Positions 1 to 8,880 of a stretch of DNA of 59,317 bases are shown piece by piece. Origin of the DNA: an uncultured bacterium (GTDB lineage: Bacteria; Lernaellota; Lernaellaia; Lernaellales; Lernaellaceae); the NCBI GenBank assembly GCA_964511015.1, contig CAZEDX010000020.1:1-59317 (forward strand), in the 5' to 3' direction. The translations under genes were made by a program, and so were the position numbers. The notes under the pieces are model-generated. The model did not search any database. It saw nothing but the letters and a program-made list of their open reading frames with translations, and was not told where the DNA came from. Each line of letters starts with the position of its first letter. Within the stretch, counting starts at the first letter, position 1.

Positions 1-596
1 AACATGTCGTGCAGCAACAGCAGTTCCGCCGGCGTCCACAAACCGCGGACTGCTTCGTTGACCACATTCTGGTCGGCACCGCGATCCATCAACCAAGCCG
101 CGGCTCGCATGTCGTCGGCCGTCGTGGTGCGGAAAGAAAGGTGGCCGGTATCCTGATTCAAACCGAGCAACGCCCAGGTGGCCTCCGTTGGTGAAACCGT
201 CATATTGCGTTTCTGCAGGAGCTCCGCGAGCAAGGTGACGCACGAACCGACGGCTCGTCGCACTTCCAACGCGCCGCTGATGGCTTTCTCGTCAGCTTCC
301 TGCCGGCTGAAAATGTGCACTTCCACTTCGGGCCGCTTGGCTATCTCGGCCCAGATACCAATCTGTTCCGGACGGCTAGCGTCCAGTAGAATCAGCCGCT
401 TCACCTCGGTCAGGTTGATCTCGCTTGGCGTGCGCAACAACAGTGCGGGCCGCATGGCATCGTGGTAGGGTTCGGGGATATCTGAAACCAATTCATCCGG
501 CAAAGCCAACGCCGCGTTCGGGTAGAGCCGGCGCGCCAATACTAGACTACCGATACCGCCCCAGTCGGCGCCGCGATGTGTGACAATAACATCCAT
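1..596 (-). CDS. DHH-family phosphoesterase-like protein, 5' portion (gene runs off the window start)
   Basis: Manual minus-strand translation from ATG at 596..594 reads MDVIVTHRGADWGGIGSLVLARRLYPNAALALPDELVSDIPEPYHDAM... with no stop down to position 1. The N-terminal pattern resembles the motif-I region of DHH proteins (NrnA/RecJ-like). Plus-strand ORFs 9..194 and 178..468 are antisense to it. Confidence 0.45.
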   Translation of the reverse strand, partial: MDVIVTHRGADWGGIGSLVLARRLYPNAALALPDELVSDIPEPYHDAMRPALLLRTPSEINLTEVKRLILLDASRPEQIGIWAEIAKRPEVEVHIFSRQEADEKAISGALEVRRAVGSCVTLLAELLQKRNMTVSPTEATWALLGLNQDTGHLSFRTTTADDMRAAAWLMDRGADQNVVNEAVRGLWTPAELLLLHDM

Positions 597-634
597 GAGA
601 CTTTTCTACACTGGCGTTTTCAGAAAATCCAGAC

Positions 635-1525
635 TTATCCGCGCGGATGATGCTCGCGGTGTACCCGCTTGAGCCGTTCGCGATTGATGTGGGTGTAGAT
701 CTCGGTGGTGCTCAGGTCAGCGTGCCCGAGCATTTCCTGAACCGCGCGCAGGTCGGCGCCGTGTTCTAAAAGGTGCGTCGCGAAGCTGTGCCGCAATACG
801 TGCGGTGAAACCGGGCGCTTGATCCCGGCCGCTCGCGCATATTTTTTGATTAGCACGTGGAAATGCTGCCGCGTCATCGGTCCACCGCGGTTGGTGACGA
901 ACACGGCGTCGGACAACCGTCGGCCAAGCAGATGGGGACGGGCCTCGTCGAGGTAGCGTTGCAGCCAGTTGCCGGCGACGTCGCCCAAGGGCGTCAGACG
1001 TTCTTTGCGGCCTTTGCCCATCACGCGCAGGATGCCGATCGACAAGTCCACCGAACGTTGCGGCAGACCCACCAGTTCCGAAACCCGCAAGCCGCTGGCG
1101 TATAGCACTTCCAACATCGCGCGGTCGCGCACCCCCCCCGGGGTGGCAGTATTGGGAGCCCCGAGCAGGGCCTCGACTTCGGCGTACGTCAGCACCTTGG
1201 GCAGAGACCGTTCAAGCTTTGGAATCTCCACCAGCTCGGCCGGATTTGCCGCCAAAACGCCTTCTTCGTGAAGAAAACGTAGGAAGTTGCGAACGGCAAT
1301 CAGGTTGCGCGCGACCGTTCGCGCCGAAACACGATCTTGTGCTCGTCGGTGTATTACATAACCCAGGATTTCGGCTTCGGTCACTTTCGTCACGTCTGTG
1401 ACATGACGTTTCGTGCAGTAGGCTACGAAGCTGGACAGGTCGCGTCCGTAAGCGTCAAGCGTGTGCGGGCTGGCGCCATATTCAATCTTCTTGTGCGCCA
1501 GAAAACGGTCGACCCATTCATCCAT
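635..1525 (-). CDS. xerD: Tyrosine site-specific recombinase XerD
   Basis: 296 aa. Near-identical blocks to E. coli XerD: RDRAMLEVLYASGLRVSELVGL, MTRQHFHVLIKKYA, VLRHSFATHLLEHGADLRAVQEMLGHADLSTTEIYTH and C-terminal HHPRG. Catalytic RHRY-type residues present. Confidence 0.85.
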   Translation of the reverse strand: MDEWVDRFLAHKKIEYGASPHTLDAYGRDLSSFVAYCTKRHVTDVTKVTEAEILGYVIHRRAQDRVSARTVARNLIAVRNFLRFLHEEGVLAANPAELVEIPKLERSLPKVLTYAEVEALLGAPNTATPGGVRDRAMLEVLYASGLRVSELVGLPQRSVDLSIGILRVMGKGRKERLTPLGDVAGNWLQRYLDEARPHLLGRRLSDAVFVTNRGGPMTRQHFHVLIKKYARAAGIKRPVSPHVLRHSFATHLLEHGADLRAVQEMLGHADLSTTEIYTHINRERLKRVHREHHPRG

Positions 1526-1527
1526 AA

Positions 1528-2718
1528 CTATTGGTCCGGGAGCTGGGAGGCGAGATACTGGACAATGCCGCTAGCGATAGCGTCCGCCAAACGACGGCGA
1601 TATGCCGGGTTGTCGAGCAAAACAGCTTCTTCTGCGTTTGTGGAAAAACCGGTTTCGACAAGAGTGGCGGCGACGCTCGACCCGGCGAGTAGGACCAACT
1701 GCGATCGCCGCACGCCGCGGTCAACCGAATGCGGGCGCGACGAACGAGCGACCGCCAACAACGTGTCATGCAACGACCGGGCAAGTCGCACGGAATCCTC
1801 ATGGACTTCCGCGGCGGCGGTGACGGCAGGAGGCGGACGAACCGGGGTCGGAGTCAAGTTGCCGCCATCCGGCGGTGGAAGCGGCTCGTCGGTCGGGTAG
1901 TAAAAGGTCTCGATGCCGTTGCTGTCCGGGTTCTCGCTGGCATTTACGTGAATCGATACGAACAGATCGGCGCGCAACTCATTGGCGATCGCGGCGCGCA
2001 CATCGAGCGGCAGGTATCGATCGTCTTCGCGCGTCATAAATACCCGCACGTTGGACAGTGAGCGAAGTTGATCGCGCACCCGTAATGCCATTTCCAACGT
2101 GAGTTCCTTTTCGACCAGGCGCGGGGTAATGGCGCCGACGTCATAGCCGCCATGGCCGGGATCGAGCACAATGGTAAAAATCCGCGGTACCGGCGTTGTC
2201 TCCGCAGGCACGGTAGCGGCAGAACCGCCGAGACGGGTCAGCGCTTCGCGGGCGATCTCGGCCTCAACAGCGTCGGCGAACTGGTCGACCACCATCTGAT
2301 AGCGTTCGCGTGCTGCCGCGCTGTCGCCTAGCTTTTGTTCCAAGATTTCGCCGGCTTTGAATAGCGCCTGGGCGGCAACAGCGCTGTCGGGGTATTGCCG
2401 TTGCAAGCGATCATAAACCCGGACAGCTTCCCGCCAGTCGTTTTTCTGCTTTGACCATTGCGCCAGGCGGGAATAGGCATCGCCTGCTGCGAAAAGCGCA
2501 TCAGCCGCGCGAGGATGTTGCGAACGTTGTTCGGCATAGGACAAAAATCCGCGAATATGCCGTTCCCACTTATGCCGTTGATGTTGCGCGTGGGTATCTC
2601 GCAGAAAGTGAAGATAGTCGTTCTTTAGCCGTTGATAGGCGTTCTCGCCTTCATCGGCCGAAGCCAGGGTAGCGAGTAGCAAGACGAGAATGACAAACAG
2701 CGCCGCGACGCGTTTCAC
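1528..2718 (-). CDS. N-acetylmuramoyl-L-alanine amidase (Amidase_3 domain) with signal peptide and N-terminal TPR-like repeats
   Basis: 396 aa. N-terminal signal MKRVAALFVILVLLLATLASA, then TPR-like helical repeats. C-terminal Amidase_3 signature (IVLDPGHGGYDVGA ... VSIHVNASEN ... GFSTNAEEA). 3-nt gap to xerD, 4-nt overlap with mutS. Confidence 0.8.
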   Translation of the reverse strand: MKRVAALFVILVLLLATLASADEGENAYQRLKNDYLHFLRDTHAQHQRHKWERHIRGFLSYAEQRSQHPRAADALFAAGDAYSRLAQWSKQKNDWREAVRVYDRLQRQYPDSAVAAQALFKAGEILEQKLGDSAAARERYQMVVDQFADAVEAEIAREALTRLGGSAATVPAETTPVPRIFTIVLDPGHGGYDVGAITPRLVEKELTLEMALRVRDQLRSLSNVRVFMTREDDRYLPLDVRAAIANELRADLFVSIHVNASENPDSNGIETFYYPTDEPLPPPDGGNLTPTPVRPPPAVTAAAEVHEDSVRLARSLHDTLLAVARSSRPHSVDRGVRRSQLVLLAGSSVAATLVETGFSTNAEEAVLLDNPAYRRRLADAIASGIVQYLASQLPDQ

Positions 2719-5354
2719 TTCAATTTCTCCTGCAATCGCGACAGTATGGTGAGCGCTTCGAGTGGAGTCAGACTGGCGATGTCGAGCGCACGAATTTCTT
2801 CCTCGAGCGGCGAGAGCGCCGGCGGCCCAAATAGGTCGAGCTGGCCAGTCTGGCGTTGCTTACGCTGGCGATGAGATTCGGCAAGTCGGACTTGTCCGAC
2901 CTCGTCGAATTCCGCCTTTTCCAGATTGGCTAGCACTTCCTTGGCGCGGGAGATCACATTGTCCGGCAATCCAGCCAGACGGGCAACTTGGATGCCGTAG
3001 CTGCGGCTGGTTGCGCCAGGGACGATCTTGCGCAGGAAAAGGATCTGATCGTTCCATTCCTTGACGGCGATGTTGTAATTGACCACGCCTGGTTTGGTGC
3101 GGGCCAGGTCGGTCAATTCGTGATAGTGCGTGGCAAACAGCGTGCGCGCGCCGACTCGTTCGGCGTCATGGATGTACTCCGCAACCGCCCAGGCAATCGA
3201 CAAACCGTCGAAGGTACTTGTGCCGCGGCCAACCTCGTCGAGTACCAATAGACTGCGGCGTGTGGCATTGCGCAAGATATCGGCCGTTTCAGTCATCTCA
3301 ACCATGAACGTGCTCTGGCCGCGCGCCAAGTTGTCGGACGCGCCCACGCGCGTAAACACACGGTCCACCAGACCCACACGGCAGCGCGAAGCCGGCACGA
3401 AACTGCCCATTTGCGCCATAATGACCAGCAAGGCCACCTGGCGGATGTAGGTCGATTTGCCGGCCATGTTCGGCCCGGTGATCAGCAGCAGGCGATTGTC
3501 CCGCGTGTCAAGCAAGGTATCGTTGGGTACAAATCGTTCGTTGGTGAACAACATCTCAACTACAGGGTGGCGGCCGTCGCGGATCTCCAACACATCTTGA
3601 TCATCAACGATCGGCCGGCAGTATCCGCGCTGTTCGGCAATGCGCGCGAACGAGGTCAGCACATCGAGCCAAGCGACAACGCGCGCCGTGGTTTGGATGC
3701 GTTGCACTTGGGCGGCAACCTGCTGGCGGATCTCGACGAACAGATCGTACTCGAGTTCCTTGACCCGGTCTTGCGCGGTCAGGATCTTTTCTTCGAGTTC
3801 CTTGAGCTGCGGTGTGATGAAGCGCTCGGCATTCACCAGTGTTTGCTTGCGGTGATAGTCGGCTGGGGCCAGATGCAGGTTGGATTTGGTGATTTCGATG
3901 TAGTAGCCGAAGACACTGTTGTAGCGGATGCGTAGGTTGGCGATGCCAGTGCGCCGGCGCTCCGCTTCTTCGATCTCGGCAATCACGCTTCGCCCGGCGT
4001 GAGCGATGTGGCGCAATTCGTCGACTTCGGCTCGGTAGCCGGCCTTGAGCAGACCGCCTTCGCGCAGCGCCAGCGGCGGTTCGTCGTCGATCGACTGTTC
4101 CAGCAATTCACGCACGTCGGTCAACAAATCGAGTTCGTTGGCCAGGCGGCGATACAACGTGTTTTCGAAAGCCGCCGCCGCACTCTGCAATGCCGGGAGT
4201 TGCCGCAGACTGTTACGCAGTGCAATCAGATCCCTTGCATTGCACGAGGCCAGGCCGATGCGGCCAGCGAGTCGTTCGAGGTCGTGAATCGACTGCATCG
4301 CCTCGATCAGGTCTTCGCGCTCGCTCGGTTTGCCGAAACACTCTTCCACCGCGTCGAGCCGTTCGTTGATCGCCTCGAGACGAGTGAGCGGATAGCAAAT
4401 CCACCGGCGCAAGAGCCGCGCGCCCATGGCCGTGCGGGTCTGATCGAGCACTTCCAGCAGCGTGCCTTTGCGGCCGCCGTCGCGCATGTTCCCCGTCAAT
4501 TCGAGATTGCGCTTGGCCGCCTCATCGAGCACGAGGAACGAGTCGGCCCGGTCGATCGACAGCCGCCGCAGATGGGCCAGGTCGCGTTTCTGGGTGATCA
4601 GCAGGTAGTGCAGTGCGGCCCCGGCGGCGCCCAACGCCGGCGCCAACGGCTGATCGCTTTCGTCGGGGCGGTAGTTGTCGAACTGCTTCGCGAGTTCCTC
4701 GCGCGCTCGCTCCGGATCGAACGCGGAGTCTTCCAGGTAGCTGACAAAACGGCCGGGCAGGGCGGCGATCAACTTCTTGGCGGCCTCATCCCCCTGGCGT
4801 GACTGCGGAAAAATAAACTCTGCCGGTTCTGCGCGCACGACCTCGTCGATCAGAGATTCCAGGTCGTCGGTCTGGCCGAGGCGGAATTCGCCAGTCGACA
4901 AGTCGGTCAGGCAGAAGCCATGCGCGCCGTCGCCCAGGCCGATCACCATTAGGAAATTGTTGGCTTTCTCGTCGAGTTCTTCGGTTTCGATGACCACACC
5001 CGGGGTCACCACGCGAGTAACCGCACGTTTGACAATGCCCTTGGCCAGGCGCGGGTCTTCCATCTGGTCACAGATGGCAACCTTTTCGTTGGCGCGAATC
5101 AACTTGACGAGATACTGGTTCAGCGCAAAGTGCGGCACGCCGCACAGTGGCACCGGCGTTTCGGTGCCCTTGGAGCGACTGGTAAGGGCGATATCTAGAA
5201 TCTTGCTGGCCTTTTCGGCATCTTCAAAGAACATCTCGTAGAAATCGCCCATGCGGAACAGCAGAATGTGGTCGGGGTATTCGGCCTTGATGTCGAGGTA
5301 TTGCCGAAGCATCGGCGTCATTTTGGCGATGTTCATGGGATAGCCAACACTCAC
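2715..5354 (-). CDS. mutS: DNA mismatch repair protein MutS
   Basis: 879 aa. N-terminal mismatch-binding region (TPMLRQYLDIKAEYPDHILLFRMGDFYEMFFEDA), Walker A GPNMAGKSTYIRQVAL, and a C-terminal dimerisation tail. True start may be the internal MNIAKMTPM (about 5336). Confidence 0.9.
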   Translation of the reverse strand: MSVGYPMNIAKMTPMLRQYLDIKAEYPDHILLFRMGDFYEMFFEDAEKASKILDIALTSRSKGTETPVPLCGVPHFALNQYLVKLIRANEKVAICDQMEDPRLAKGIVKRAVTRVVTPGVVIETEELDEKANNFLMVIGLGDGAHGFCLTDLSTGEFRLGQTDDLESLIDEVVRAEPAEFIFPQSRQGDEAAKKLIAALPGRFVSYLEDSAFDPERAREELAKQFDNYRPDESDQPLAPALGAAGAALHYLLITQKRDLAHLRRLSIDRADSFLVLDEAAKRNLELTGNMRDGGRKGTLLEVLDQTRTAMGARLLRRWICYPLTRLEAINERLDAVEECFGKPSEREDLIEAMQSIHDLERLAGRIGLASCNARDLIALRNSLRQLPALQSAAAAFENTLYRRLANELDLLTDVRELLEQSIDDEPPLALREGGLLKAGYRAEVDELRHIAHAGRSVIAEIEEAERRRTGIANLRIRYNSVFGYYIEITKSNLHLAPADYHRKQTLVNAERFITPQLKELEEKILTAQDRVKELEYDLFVEIRQQVAAQVQRIQTTARVVAWLDVLTSFARIAEQRGYCRPIVDDQDVLEIRDGRHPVVEMLFTNERFVPNDTLLDTRDNRLLLITGPNMAGKSTYIRQVALLVIMAQMGSFVPASRCRVGLVDRVFTRVGASDNLARGQSTFMVEMTETADILRNATRRSLLVLDEVGRGTSTFDGLSIAWAVAEYIHDAERVGARTLFATHYHELTDLARTKPGVVNYNIAVKEWNDQILFLRKIVPGATSRSYGIQVARLAGLPDNVISRAKEVLANLEKAEFDEVGQVRLAESHRQRKQRQTGQLDLFGPPALSPLEEEIRALDIASLTPLEALTILSRLQEKLK

Positions 5355-5431
5355 CGGGTCGTCAATTCGCCGCGTACGTTAGCAAATTACCCCCGCAGCG
5401 GCAACGCAAAACGCGGCGGGAACGTGACGGC

Positions 5432-6844
5432 TCAGGCCTTCGCCAGAAAGGCGAGATACGCGAGGTACGTCGCGTATACGTCGTCCTTATGGGCAATTTC
5501 AAACGGGCTGTGCATCGACAATAGGGCCGTGCCGGCATCGAGGACAGCCGCACCATGGCGGGCAAAAAACAGCGCCACGGTGCCGCCGCCGCCTTCATCC
5601 ACTTTGCCCAGTTCTCCGGTCTGCCAAGGCACTTTGTGGTCCGATAGCAGCTTGCGGATCTCGCCGACGAACTCGGCATCGGCGTCACTGGCGGCGACTT
5701 TGCCGCGGGCGCCGGTGTATTTGGTCAGGCAAATGCCATGGCCGATCAGCGCCGCGTTTTTCTTGTCGTGCACGTCTTGCCAATCCGGATCGATCGCCGC
5801 GTTCACGTCGGCCGAGAGCACTTTTGTGCGCGATAGAGCGCGACGAATGGCGCGCTCCGAAGTCTTGCCCTCGCGGGCCAAGAGTTCGCCGATGAAGTCC
5901 AACAGAAAGCGGCCTTCGGCGCCGGTGCTACCGCTCGAGCCGATTTCCTCTTTGTCCATGAAGACCGAAACCGCCGTGCGATTGGGTTGCTTGTCGAGCC
6001 CGAGCAGCGCATGTAGACTGGCGTATGCGCAAATGCGGTCGTCCTGCCCGTAGGCGCCGATAAATGCGCCGTCGAGCCCGACATTCCGTGCCGGGCCGGC
6101 CGGCACAACCTCCAACTCGGCACTAACGAAATCGTCTTCCACCAAGCCGTATTTCTCATGGAGGAGACGCAGCACGTTGAGTTTGATGCGGTCCTTGCCG
6201 TCATCCTTGTTGCCGAGTGGATAGCCGCCGATCAACACATTGAGTTTCTCGCCCGGAATGGCGTCGGCCATTTTCTTTTCCGCCTGAGCCTTCGCTGCCA
6301 GATGGGGCAGTAGATCCAGCACCGTGAAGCAGGGGTCGTCCGCGCCTTCGCCGATGGCCACCTCGACACGAGAACCATCTTTGCGCACGACCACGCCGTA
6401 GATCGCCAACGGACGAGCCACCCACTGGTGTTTGCGGATACCGCCGTAGTAATGTGTCTTGAGCAGCGCGAGGTTGAGGTCTTCGTAGAGCGGATTCTGC
6501 TTAAGGTCGAGACGCGGCGAATCGATATGGCTGACCACCAGATTGACGCCATCTTCGACCGAGGCCTTGCCGACTCGCGCCAGACCGATGCATTTGCCGC
6601 GATAGTTCAGCAACAGCTTGTCGCCGGCTGCCGAGCCGAAATCCACAAAGCCGGCCGCGCGGGCCTGGCGCTCGATCTCGCTGACCGCTAGGCGTTCGGT
6701 TTTGGCAATATCCAAAAACGCACGATATTCGCTACAAAAAGACTCGATCTTCGCGCGAACCGCCGGGGCGAATTGATCGTGGGCCAATTGCGGATTGTGC
6801 GCCAGTTTTTTTTTGGCTTGTTCGTAAGCTTTGCTCTTCGGCAT
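5432..6844 (-). CDS. M18-family aminopeptidase (aminopeptidase 1 / aspartyl aminopeptidase-like)
   Basis: 470 aa. M18 hallmarks: LVVSHIDSPRLDLK, FMDKEEIGSSGSTGAEG, DEGGGGTVALF, LSMHSPFE. Confidence 0.7.
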   Translation of the reverse strand: MPKSKAYEQAKKKLAHNPQLAHDQFAPAVRAKIESFCSEYRAFLDIAKTERLAVSEIERQARAAGFVDFGSAAGDKLLLNYRGKCIGLARVGKASVEDGVNLVVSHIDSPRLDLKQNPLYEDLNLALLKTHYYGGIRKHQWVARPLAIYGVVVRKDGSRVEVAIGEGADDPCFTVLDLLPHLAAKAQAEKKMADAIPGEKLNVLIGGYPLGNKDDGKDRIKLNVLRLLHEKYGLVEDDFVSAELEVVPAGPARNVGLDGAFIGAYGQDDRICAYASLHALLGLDKQPNRTAVSVFMDKEEIGSSGSTGAEGRFLLDFIGELLAREGKTSERAIRRALSRTKVLSADVNAAIDPDWQDVHDKKNAALIGHGICLTKYTGARGKVAASDADAEFVGEIRKLLSDHKVPWQTGELGKVDEGGGGTVALFFARHGAAVLDAGTALLSMHSPFEIAHKDDVYATYLAYLAFLAKA

Positions 6845-6904
6845 GGTCCCCTCCGTGCCACACGGGGTTAATTGAAGGAAGCGTGGTCAGATTATCGCAA
6901 GCGG

Positions 6905-7843
6905 CTACCTTTTGCCACCCTTGCGGCCCCACAGGTTGCGCCAGAAACCGCCGCGGCCGGCCTCTTCGAGCGCCTGGCGAATTCGTGGCAATGCCTCTTT
7001 GGCCGCCTCTTCGCCAAGTTCAACAATGCGCTGCGCCGCGGTAAAATCTGCCCAGTGAATCTTGCCCACCGACGGTGTAATCACGGCGTCGGCGTCGGAA
7101 AGTTGTAGGGCGATCAGTGTCTGTTTGGTGATTTCCTGGGTGCGGAAGTAGATTTCCAGACCACGCCGCATTTCGGGCGGATGAAGCAGCTCGTGGCTGA
7201 CATTGCTGGCGATCACGATATCGGCGCCCATCTCGCGCACTACACTGACAGGCACCATATTGACCACTCCGCCGTCGATGCACTCCACGTCGCCGACCTT
7301 GATCGGCGGAAACGCACCCGGTACCGCGCTGGACGCCGCCACGGCATCGATGACCGGACCGCGGGTAAAGACGATCTGGCGAGCGTTCATCAGGTCACAA
7401 GCCACTACGGCCATGGGAATGGCCAGACCGCGGATGTCGCGATCGTCGACGAACGCACGCAACATCTCGAACAGGTCTTCCCGGTCGAGAAAGCTGGGGC
7501 GGGTTACCGAACTGCCGATAATGAGTCCGCGGCGCACGACATTCGACACCGACTCCAGGAAGCCGACGTCTTCCTCGCTGCGTTTGAGAAAATGGATTTT
7601 CGACTCGGTGAATGCCGGGTCGGTGAAGTAGCGGTTCATGCGTTCGATCAGCTTATCGACCCGCGGGGTGGCGCAGTACATGACGCCGATCAATGCGCCC
7701 ATGCTGGTGCCGGCTACCAAGTCGATCGGTACATGTTCGCGTTCGAGTACACTGAGTACACCCAGGTGGGCCAGACCGCGAGCCGCGCCGCCGCCCAAAG
7801 CCAATCCCACTCGGAACCGTCGCTTCACTTTATTGTCCGACAT
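6905..7843 (-). CDS. Patatin-like phospholipase (RssA-like)
   Basis: 312 aa. Glycine-rich oxyanion loop GLALGGGAARG, serine hydrolase motif GTSMG (GxSxG), catalytic Asp in IDGGVVNMVP. Confidence 0.8.
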   Translation of the reverse strand: MSDNKVKRRFRVGLALGGGAARGLAHLGVLSVLEREHVPIDLVAGTSMGALIGVMYCATPRVDKLIERMNRYFTDPAFTESKIHFLKRSEEDVGFLESVSNVVRRGLIIGSSVTRPSFLDREDLFEMLRAFVDDRDIRGLAIPMAVVACDLMNARQIVFTRGPVIDAVAASSAVPGAFPPIKVGDVECIDGGVVNMVPVSVVREMGADIVIASNVSHELLHPPEMRRGLEIYFRTQEITKQTLIALQLSDADAVITPSVGKIHWADFTAAQRIVELGEEAAKEALPRIRQALEEAGRGGFWRNLWGRKGGKR

Positions 7844-8342
7844 CCGGCATTGGCACCTGCCAGGTTTGGGAGTTGATGTTCGTCCAACCTACCACGCGCC
7901 AGACGCCGTCACGGCGGGCCCATTGAAGGGTAATGTTCTGAAAGGTGTAGGCCTGCCGGTCGGGCAGGTTCTGACCGAGCGAAGAGGCCCGCGTGGCCTC
8001 GCCGTTGGCGTGAAACTTCGTCGTCGCCTGATCGCCTTTGATTTCGATGCGCAGGTCGAGGAAACGCAGGTTGATGTCTTTCCAGCTATCCATGCTCGCT
8101 TGGATGATCGGCAGCCATTGTTCCTTAGTGAAACCGAAACCATCGCGGAAATCGTCGGCCATGATCGCCGAGATCGCCGCCATGTCTTGTTTCTCCACCG
8201 CCTCGCGCGCTTGAAACAGCGCCCGTTTGACGCGCGCTGTCGGGCTTAGAAAGCGGAAATAGGCGAAACCGCCGGCGAAGACGAGCAGAATGGCCAGTAC
8301 CACGATGCGATTGCGGCTCATGAGCTTAGTGACACCCCGCAC
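7830..8342 (-). CDS. Hypothetical membrane-anchored protein (NTF2/SnoaL-like fold suspected)
   Basis: 170 aa. N-terminal TM helix (IVVLAILLVFAGGFAYF) then a soluble domain. No confident family assignment. Overlaps its neighbours by 14-17 nt. Confidence 0.4.
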   Translation of the reverse strand: MRGVTKLMSRNRIVVLAILLVFAGGFAYFRFLSPTARVKRALFQAREAVEKQDMAAISAIMADDFRDGFGFTKEQWLPIIQASMDSWKDINLRFLDLRIEIKGDQATTKFHANGEATRASSLGQNLPDRQAYTFQNITLQWARRDGVWRVVGWTNINSQTWQVPMPDVGQ

Positions 8343-8547
8343 AGGAAGAGCGGGAGCAACTTGAGCAACTGCTGGCGGACGACTTGGTCACCGCGCCGTC
8401 GCTGCCGGTAGATCGGAACGCAAAGCCGGACATCAGTTTGACCACGTTGTCCGCGCCACAATGCGGACAGGTTGGCTTTGTATCGCCGCGGACCAGCTTT
8501 TCAAAGGTCTTTTCACATGCGCGGCAGCGGTATTCGTAAATCGGCAT
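8326..8547 (-). CDS. FmdB-family zinc-ribbon protein
   Basis: 73 aa. MPIYEYRCRACEKTFE ... CPHCGADNVVKLMSGF is the classic FmdB/TIGR02605 CxxC...CxxC pattern. Low-complexity Ser/Cys tail. Confidence 0.7.
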   Translation of the reverse strand: MPIYEYRCRACEKTFEKLVRGDTKPTCPHCGADNVVKLMSGFAFRSTGSDGAVTKSSASSCSSCSRSSCAGCH

Positions 8548-8559
8548 CGGTTGCCCCGT

Positions 8560-8880
8560 TTACTGCAGGCTCATCGGTGGTTTGGTCTTGCGCACCGGCT
8601 TGCCGTCGCTGGCCAGTTCGAGGTCTTCCAGAAAGCGCGCGCGACAGGCCGGGCATAAAACAAGACTGACTTCCATGTGTACCTGGTCTTCGATCGATTT
8701 CTCGTCGAGTCCCGCCAACTGTTCCAGCAACCGGTCTTTCGTGCGTTCGTCCACGTCCATGTCGGGCAGGTAACCGTCCCAGTCGGAGGTGATTTCGATG
8801 CGCACATTGTACTTGGTGGCCCCCAGCGGCAATTCCACGTTGCAACGATCGCAGTACTGGCTGGCAAACGCCGACTTCAT
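8560..8880 (-). CDS. Hypothetical zinc-ribbon protein (CxxC...CxxC), translationally coupled to selA
   Basis: 106 aa. CDRC ... CPAC cysteine pairs. ATG at 8880..8878 overlaps the selA TGA at 8879..8877 (ATGA overlap). Confidence 0.45.
   Translation of the reverse strand: MKSAFASQYCDRCNVELPLGATKYNVRIEITSDWDGYLPDMDVDERTKDRLLEQLAGLDEKSIEDQVHMEVSLVLCPACRARFLEDLELASDGKPVRKTKPPMSLQ

Noticed and set aside
9-468. Plus-strand ORFs 9..194 and 178..468
   Set aside because: Antisense to a minus-strand DHH-like gene that reads cleanly from 596 to the window edge. Their composition is typical of high-GC antisense frames.
3999-4802. 267-aa plus-strand ORF inside mutS (and similar long antisense ORFs 5268..6053, 8677..9609, 34022..35293, 48498..49451, 51890..52834)
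   Set aside because: All lie antisense to strongly supported conserved genes. Long stop-free antisense frames are expected at ~63% GC. No recognisable motifs.
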